Shown: one piece after another, positions 58,301 to 64,000 of the stretch
Position numbering within the stretch: the first letter of the stretch is position 1
Layout: every line of letters begins with the position of its first letter
Notes under the pieces: model-generated
Databases searched by the model: none
What the model was told of the DNA's origin: nothing
The model's input: only the letters and a program-made list of their open reading frames with translations
Program-made: the position numbers and the translations under genes
Source of the DNA: Planctomycetales bacterium
Lineage (GTDB): Bacteria; 4484-113
Assembly: GCA_037441675.1 (NCBI GenBank)
Contig: JBBIRS010000002.1
Coordinates: 105,110 to 169,109, forward strand
Length of the DNA stretch: 64,000 nucleotides
Direction of reading: 5' to 3'

Positions 58301-60969
58301 TTGTTCTACTATAATTCTTTTATGCCTTTAGTGGCTAGCCAAGAAGGAATTTGCAAGCGGTGGGCATTCATTCTGTTCACTGATATTTATCGCTCCACAC
58401 AGCATTGGGAGAAGTATCCACAAGAATTTAGAATTGCGCTTGAGAAACATAACGAGCTAGTTGATAAAACCGTTGCTAACCACGAAGGTGAGATAATGAA
58501 GAATCTCGGTGACGGTTACATCGCTCTCTTTGAGGAGGCTGATAACTGTGTGAGGAGCGGGGTTGAAGTGCAGAGGAAGATTAGTGATGTCCAATCGCTT
58601 CCCGATGGATCAAAGATTCTAGTCCGCATCGTTGGGCACGGAGGAGTGCTTCAGACGCTAGCCGTGGGACGCGGGTACTTCGGCAGGGCACTCAACCGAT
58701 CGTCCCGCATCTGTCAGGTTTGCCATCCGGGGCAAATGCTCATTTCAAATGAGGTTCAGCAGTCCTTGAGGCAAGTTCGTGAAGAAGTTGAGATTGTTGA
58801 TCTTGGCGTCCATCACTTAAGGGATTTAGCGTAGCCTGAGAGGCTCTATCAGGTCACCCATCCTTAGTTTCCAGTGCGCGAATTTCCGCCACTACCGACC
58901 CTTGGCTATCGTCCCAATAATCTCGTCTATCAGCCGAACGCGTTCATTGGACGGGAGAGGGAGATGGGCGAGCTGAAAGAGGTAATTCTTGAGAAGAGGA
59001 ACAGACTGCTAACAATAGTTGCGCCTGGCGGATATGGCAAGAGCAGGCTGGCGACGCAACTTTGCGCAAACCTCTTGGACTTCTTCGCAAATGGCATTTT
59101 TGAAGTTTTGCTTGCGCCAGTTGGATCGCACGAGCGCATCGTCTCGGTAACTGCGGATGCGCTTGGCTTTCAGTTTTACGGGCGCGCTGACCCGAAGCAA
59201 CAGCTTCTCGATTATCTTCGCGAGAAGGAAATGCTGATACTCTTTGACAACTTTGAGCATATGATGGAGGGCAAGAACCTGCTCACGGATATTCTCGCCT
59301 ATGCGCCGAACGTGAGTTTGCTGGTGACCTCCCGGGAGCCTCTTCACTTGAAGGCGGAGAAGGTGTATAGGCTTGAGCCGTTGTCGGTAATCCCACCACG
59401 AGTAGCTCATGCTGACCAGCCTGAGGGAAAGGCGGAGCTAGTCAGCACCGCCTACTCAGAAATGGAGGAAGGAGTCCCGGAGGCAGTGGAGCTCTTCATT
59501 GGCCGGGCGACGCTCGTCGAGCACGATTTTGCTCTCAGCGAAGAGAACTTGAAGATTATAAACACAATCTGCGAAAAACTTGAAGGAGTGCCACTGTCAA
59601 TTGAGCTTTGCTCCGCCTGGGTTGACACGTTCACGCTTCCTGAGCTTCTTTCTGATATTGAAAATCAGCTTGATATAACTTCAAGGATGAGCGATGTTGA
59701 ACCGCGCCATAGAAGCATGCGGGCAAGCCTGGATTGGAGTTACAACCTGCTTACTGGTAAGCAGAGGGAGGTTTTGCGAGCGGTTTCAGTCTTCAAGGGC
59801 GGGTTCTTCTTTGAGGCGGGCAAAGCACTCATTGACAAGACTGATTTGCGCCAACTCCTCGTGAAACTTAGGGATAAGGGGTGGCTCTTCACACGAGAAG
59901 TTCTTGGCAAGACGCGCTTCTACCTCCGCGACGTCGCATCCCACCAATACGCGTTTGAGAAGTTGAAGGAGTTACGTGTAGGGAGACCACCCGTGGGTCG
60001 CCGAACACGGCGGGGCGCAGGTCCCCGCCCTACACCATCAGAATACGAAAAACGCATCCTTGCCCACTGCAAATACTTTGCCGAGCTCATTGGGCGTGAG
60101 GGCGAACGCCTGAAAGGGCAGAGTCAGCTTTAGGCGATAAAGATACTCAATCTTGAGCTTGAGAATATTTACGAGGGAATTGATACTGCGCTGAGGAGAA
60201 CTGAGGCGGGGTTTCTAAAACATACGCCAAACATCTTTCCACACATCTGGACATAACCAGCAGGTTTCTTGCGGGCTTAAGCTGGTATGAGAAAATGCTG
60301 AATACCGCACTTGAGCTGAAGTTTGAACCGCTTGAGATGCACGCTCAGCTGGGTTTCTGTCTCATGCTCCTTCGGGTTGGTAGGTATGATGAAGCCGAAA
60401 AGGCAGGCATCCGCGTTAAGGAGCTGGCTGAGAAGCAGGAGGATAAGAAAGTCCTAGCTGCCTTTCTCAACAATCTGGGGACTGTCGCCCACGAACAGGG
60501 AAAATACGATGACGCAGAGAAGCTTTATCAGGAGAGCCTAAAGATTTGTCGTGAAATCGGCGACCGCTACGGGATTGCCGCATCCCTCAACAGCCTGGGG
60601 CTTTTGCATGTTAAAACAAACAATCTTAAATTCGCAAGGGAAGAACTTATCGGGGATTTATCAGTCTCAAAAGAGATTAGCAACCTACAAACGCTGATAG
60701 AGGGGTTGATGGCATCTTCCACGCTCTTAATAAAGGTTGGCGAATTTGAGAAGGGTTCTCTCGCACTTATTGGCGCCACCCACCAAGCCAAACTAAAGAA
60801 CTATAATCCTTACCCGCTCTTCCAGAGGCAAGCGGAAGAAGCGATGAGACAAGCGGAGAAGCTTCTCAGCGTGGAGGAGCTTAGGGAACTAAAATCTCGC
60901 GCTGAGAGAATGACCCTTAAGGAGCTTGCTGCCTTCGCCCTGACCACGCTGGAGGGAATTGGGGACTAG
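58301..60969 (+). pseudogene. Class III nucleotidyl cyclase / STAND (NB-ARC-like) ATPase / TPR gene interrupted by 3 in-frame TAG codons and 1 frameshift
   Basis: Cyclase motifs FTDIYRST and KNLGDGYIALF. ATPase Walker A APGGYGKSRL and Walker B LILFDNFEH. TPR LNNLGTVAHEQGKYDDAEKLYQESL. TAG at 58832, 58865 and 60131. Track frames are 2, 2 and 1. Confidence 0.75.
59976..60035. repeat. 60-nt GC-rich palindromic mini-element inserted in frame
   Basis: Perfect 8-bp inverted termini GTGTAGGG/CCCTACAC and an internal hairpin GGCGGGG-N7-CCCCGCC. Hand count gives 44/60 G+C. It encodes an RPG-rich 20-aa stretch. Confidence 0.55.
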
Positions 60970-61079
60970 AGAATGGAGAACACGGGTTAGGTAAAAGGAG
61001 TTGGAGAATTGAATAGGTGACCTAAGCACACGCGCCGTTCAGTCCGGTCTAACACACGCGGCAAGCAAGGCAAGGAATA

Positions 61080-61331
61080 TCACGAGGGATAGGATTGTGC
61101 AGGTATCCAACCAAGTGGCGAAAGGTCAAGACCTAAGGCTACCAAGCTTGAGAGCAAAGATACTCCGCCAAAGATGCCCATCAAAAAGATTAGGAGCTCG
61201 CGGAGATTGATAAATGGCAGACGTTCAGCCTCCCTATCCTCAGGAAAGGAATCTTCGTCAATGGGAAGGAAGTACTTAGGAGCATACCTCTCATAAGCTA
61301 TCTTTTCCTGAGCCACCGCTTGCTTAATCAT
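61080..61331 (-). CDS. Small single-pass membrane protein
   Basis: 83 aa, acidic N-terminus, C-terminal TM ELLIFLMGIFGGVSLLSSLVALGL. Lies 23 nt downstream of the HTH gene. Confidence 0.45.
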   Translation of the reverse strand: MIKQAVAQEKIAYERYAPKYFLPIDEDSFPEDREAERLPFINLRELLIFLMGIFGGVSLLSSLVALGLDLSPLGWIPAQSYPS

Positions 61332-61354
61332 TAATTCACACGCTCGTTCCGGGC

Positions 61355-61657
61355 TTAATTTCTCAAGTAGTCTTTAGGTATCGGCTCTAACATCTCCGGA
61401 AATTCTATTTCGGAAATAGACTTTGCGCGATAAAGCTGGATAGATGATTTTTGCCGTTCTTCCCAGCTTAATCTCTTTACCTGTCTCTGCCTAACCAAGA
61501 TGAACTTTCCAATCAGGTCTTCAACCATATCCATCGGCATACCTAGTGCGTTAGCAACTACAGAGACATCTTCACCCTCAAGTAATCTTCTTATCGCCTC
61601 TCTCTTGACGCTGGGCGAAAAGCTCCTAGTCGCTTCGTTATTTTCTGCATCTACCAC
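61355..61657 (-). CDS. Small helix-turn-helix protein
   Basis: 100 aa, GTG start about 9 nt after GGAG. HTH-like REAIRRLLEGEDVSVVANALGMPMDMVEDLI. Confidence 0.5.
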   Translation of the reverse strand: MVDAENNEATRSFSPSVKREAIRRLLEGEDVSVVANALGMPMDMVEDLIGKFILVRQRQVKRLSWEERQKSSIQLYRAKSISEIEFPEMLEPIPKDYLRN

Positions 61658-61816
61658 AATTCTACTCCGCTATCAATAATTGCCTAAACACAAGAATCTA
61701 TCTTTACAGACCTTACCCACTGGCATTCTCAAACTCTTAAACATTTTCTAAAAGATTCTAATAACTCAAGAAAATACATTAACTCAGATCAATTTGAAAA
61801 TTTATCCCAGTTCAAC

Positions 61817-61845
61817 TTGAAAATTTTTGATTTGCAGTTTATGAT
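61817..61845 (+). promoter_or_regulatory. Sigma70-type promoter for the dockerin lipoprotein gene
   Basis: TTGAAA, 17-nt spacer, TATGAT, about 40 nt upstream of the ATG at 61884. The -35 lies inside the second copy of a 14-nt direct repeat. Confidence 0.5.
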
Positions 61846-61883
61846 ATCCGAATAAAAGGTAACCAAAGGAGATTTACAAAATA

Positions 61884-63302
61884 ATGAAAACCCCAAGATT
61901 AATCCTTGCTTTTATTTCTCTTGCAATTTTTATAGCGTTTAGCCTTCTTGGATGCGGCGGTAGAAACAAGTCGGTTCTTACTGGAGGGGAGCTTGCTTCC
62001 GTTAGGAACAACCCGCAAGTCAACCTACCGGGAAGCACCATTCACGAACAGTTGGAGGAGCTTTCCGCTCTAACCGCACCTGATGGAGTGAATCCCTCTA
62101 CATTTGAGATGTTAAAGCAAGCTCTTGCGGAGGCTCTAAATGAACGGCGTTCAAACAGGATTGTTTTCAAACCCCCTACTGGTCCATCCAATCGCGCAAG
62201 AAATCTACGCCTTATAAATACTGACGGAGCCTTTACCCTTAGATGGAATTATACAAACGTTGGAGATTACAACCAAGATGGTGCGGTCACAATTGCAGAT
62301 GTTCTCCCCTTAGCGAGAGAATTCAGAAAACCTGTGACTCCCGATAATGAGTGGATTGACGGCGATGGTGATGGCTCAATTAACATCTCGGATGTGAAAC
62401 CTCTTGCGGATAACTTCTTTAGTGTATGCGAGGGTTACAAGGTTCAGGGTTCGGACTCATCTCTCTTTTCCTGGACAGAAATTGGCACTATCACCAGAGC
62501 GGAAGCGACTGGGCCTGGAACCTTAACCTTTAATTTTGAAATTACTGACCTTTCTACTTATCAGACCTTCAGAGTTATTCCCTACGATAATCAAAACATT
62601 GACGGCGAACCTAGTGAGGATACCCTTCACGCTTATTCTTTAACTATTTCTGGAACGGTGGAATGGAACACTGGTGGAGGGGTGAATGGCGCGAACGTTA
62701 CTGTCACACCTGATAATTATCTTTCCATCAATTACGCCACAACTGGTGCCGATGGAAAATTCGAAGTCCCGGTTGCCCCAGGAATGTATCCAGTGAAAAT
62801 TCTAACGCGTGTTAGCTATACAGAGCCTGACACAAACCTAGAGCTAACCGGCTTTAAGTGGACGGATACTTTGAACGATGTCGTTGCCATTCCACCAATA
62901 ACGATTACTTTGACTGACCCTGCCAATTCAGAATTGACGGTCAGCGGTGGGCAGGCTCAGAACGCTGATGGCAGTATCGTTATTGAAGGTCTTGATGCAA
63001 GCATTGCAAAGGTTTGGGCGGAATCCTACGATCCAGATGAGAATCCAGAGGCTTTTCCAGGTTCTTACGAGGAAGGCGGACTCTTCTCACTTAACTCTTC
63101 GGTTTACATGTGGGCTACCGCTCAGGATACTAGCGGGTCCCAAGTTGAATGGCTATTCCAACCCGCAACCGTCAAACTGGAAATCCCCCAGACCCAGTGG
63201 CGAGACCTAACTGATATAAACGCTGGAAATGGAAGAATTGATGTTCCGATTTATGATTTTGAAGAAACTTCAGGTGAGTGGGTAGCTAGCAATGACGGTT
63301 AG
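61884..63302 (+). CDS. Dockerin-containing lipoprotein with CarboxypepD_reg-like domain (N-terminal part of a longer reading frame)
   Basis: Lipobox SLLGC. Dockerin loops DYNQDGAVTIADVLPLA and DGDGDGSINISDVKPLA. TISGTVEWNTGGGVNGANVTV...DGKFEVPVAPGMY. Ends at TAG 63300-63302. Confidence 0.75.
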   Translation: MKTPRLILAFISLAIFIAFSLLGCGGRNKSVLTGGELASVRNNPQVNLPGSTIHEQLEELSALTAPDGVNPSTFEMLKQALAEALNERRSNRIVFKPPTGPSNRARNLRLINTDGAFTLRWNYTNVGDYNQDGAVTIADVLPLAREFRKPVTPDNEWIDGDGDGSINISDVKPLADNFFSVCEGYKVQGSDSSLFSWTEIGTITRAEATGPGTLTFNFEITDLSTYQTFRVIPYDNQNIDGEPSEDTLHAYSLTISGTVEWNTGGGVNGANVTVTPDNYLSINYATTGADGKFEVPVAPGMYPVKILTRVSYTEPDTNLELTGFKWTDTLNDVVAIPPITITLTDPANSELTVSGGQAQNADGSIVIEGLDASIAKVWAESYDPDENPEAFPGSYEEGGLFSLNSSVYMWATAQDTSGSQVEWLFQPATVKLEIPQTQWRDLTDINAGNGRIDVPIYDFEETSGEWVASNDG

Positions 63303-64000
63303 CTGATTGATGAGGCTGGAAGCATCATTCCCGAAAGCGAGGAGCAGGCAATCACCCGTGGAACGTTCGGTGGACGCGTTTTTGTTACCTTTGAGGCTCC
63401 TCACTTCTCCTATTGGAATGTTGATTATCCATATATTTATGTCTGGACACTCTCAAGACTGCCACGGGATAAAAGGAACACGGAAGTTCTATACAAGGCG
63501 ATGAAGCTAGCAGAGACAATCGCCAAATCCCAAAAGTGGAAAGATGCGTATGCGAAGGTCAACAAGCCTGGAGCAACAATTGATAGTGAATACTTCACCA
63601 ATGGCCAGCCTGATAATGCCGGTAAAACCGCACCTGAGGTTAACACACGCGCTATGGACTGGAATAAAGAAGTAGTTAGGGCTGATGGAAGTACATATAC
63701 CACCACAACTAATGGCGAGTATTGGGGAAGAGTAAAGGATTGGCGTCAGGACGAATTCTACATCAATAGTGCGATGTGGAATATTTACACTCAGGGTGGC
63801 ACAGAGAGAAAGAAGAAAGAGGCAATTGTCCTTATGGCTTCAACAATACTCCACGAGTTTGCGCACCAGAAACAGCATGTGAAGAAGGGGGAAGAGGAAA
63901 CGGAGGAAGTTGGCAAGCGACTTGAGAAGGACATCTTTGGAGGAGATGTTCACTACTGGCCAGACACTGGACTGGAGCTTGATGGCAACCCTGTAGATGA
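63303..64000 (+). CDS. Open frame continuing in phase after the TAG; contains an HExxH metalloprotease-like motif; runs off the window
   Basis: 232 stop-free codons in the same frame as 61884..63302. No start codon or RBS before the ATG at 63501. ILHEFAHQKQH lies at about 63846-63878. Confidence 0.6.
   Translation, partial: MIDEAGSIIPESEEQAITRGTFGGRVFVTFEAPHFSYWNVDYPYIYVWTLSRLPRDKRNTEVLYKAMKLAETIAKSQKWKDAYAKVNKPGATIDSEYFTNGQPDNAGKTAPEVNTRAMDWNKEVVRADGSTYTTTTNGEYWGRVKDWRQDEFYINSAMWNIYTQGGTERKKKEAIVLMASTILHEFAHQKQHVKKGEEETEEVGKRLEKDIFGGDVHYWPDTGLELDGNPVD

Noticed and set aside
1-64000. Genome-wide reassignment of TAG (pyrrolysine or code change) as the explanation for the in-frame ambers
   Set aside because: Many conserved genes (recR, sufC, MerR-like, Rieske, pit, DUF47, accC, the BCCP-like gene, the tryptophanase-family gene, scoA) terminate at TAG at the expected length. 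The MerR TAG is followed immediately by the sufC ATG. No pyl genes or suppressor tRNA are in the window.

Overview
64-kb chromosomal window, apparently from a diderm and possibly uncultivated bacterium. G+C looks to be in the low 40s by eye. Most of it is core metabolism in tight operons. These include ispA-dxs-membrane protein-rnhB-obg-like, lipA, recR, a complete SUF Fe-S operon headed by a MerR-type gene, and gatCAB-gap-pgi. They also include an aminotransferase, nnr, SRP RNA, tRNA-Phe, pit plus a DUF47 partner, and osmC. Further on come meaB, a biotin carboxylase with a BCCP-like protein, ribBA-ribE, a glutaredoxin, a tryptophanase-family lyase, hup, scoA and glcD. Three accessory envelope or surface blocks sit between them. 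(1) 0.03-3.1 kb holds secreted proteins, including a cohesin-like lipoprotein. (2) 29.7-39.3 kb holds a Cys/His-rich secreted protein, an 1100-aa cohesin-like/dockerin/3xFN3 protein, a Big_1 protein, an unknown protein and an LptD-like outer-membrane protein. (3) 39.4-45.6 kb is an operon of an FG-GAP lipoprotein, an LmeA-like protein, a small protein, a large membrane protein and CsaB. I found no CRISPR array, transposase, integrase, phage genes or recognisable complete defence system. The most unusual region is 58.3-64 kb. A GC-richer class III cyclase/STAND ATPase/TPR gene there is broken by three in-frame TAG codons, one frameshift and a 60-nt palindromic insert. The neighbouring dockerin lipoprotein gene runs through a fourth in-frame TAG into an HExxH domain. 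TAG is a normal terminator elsewhere in the window. Other notable items are an Obg paralog that has lost all GTPase motifs and a Cys4 MerR-family regulator fused into the SUF operon. Two more are a strong palindromic operator in front of a His/Met-rich secreted protein and a dispersed cohesin/dockerin gene set. CDS coordinates follow the ORF track. Coordinates of small sites were counted by hand and may be off by 1-2 nt.
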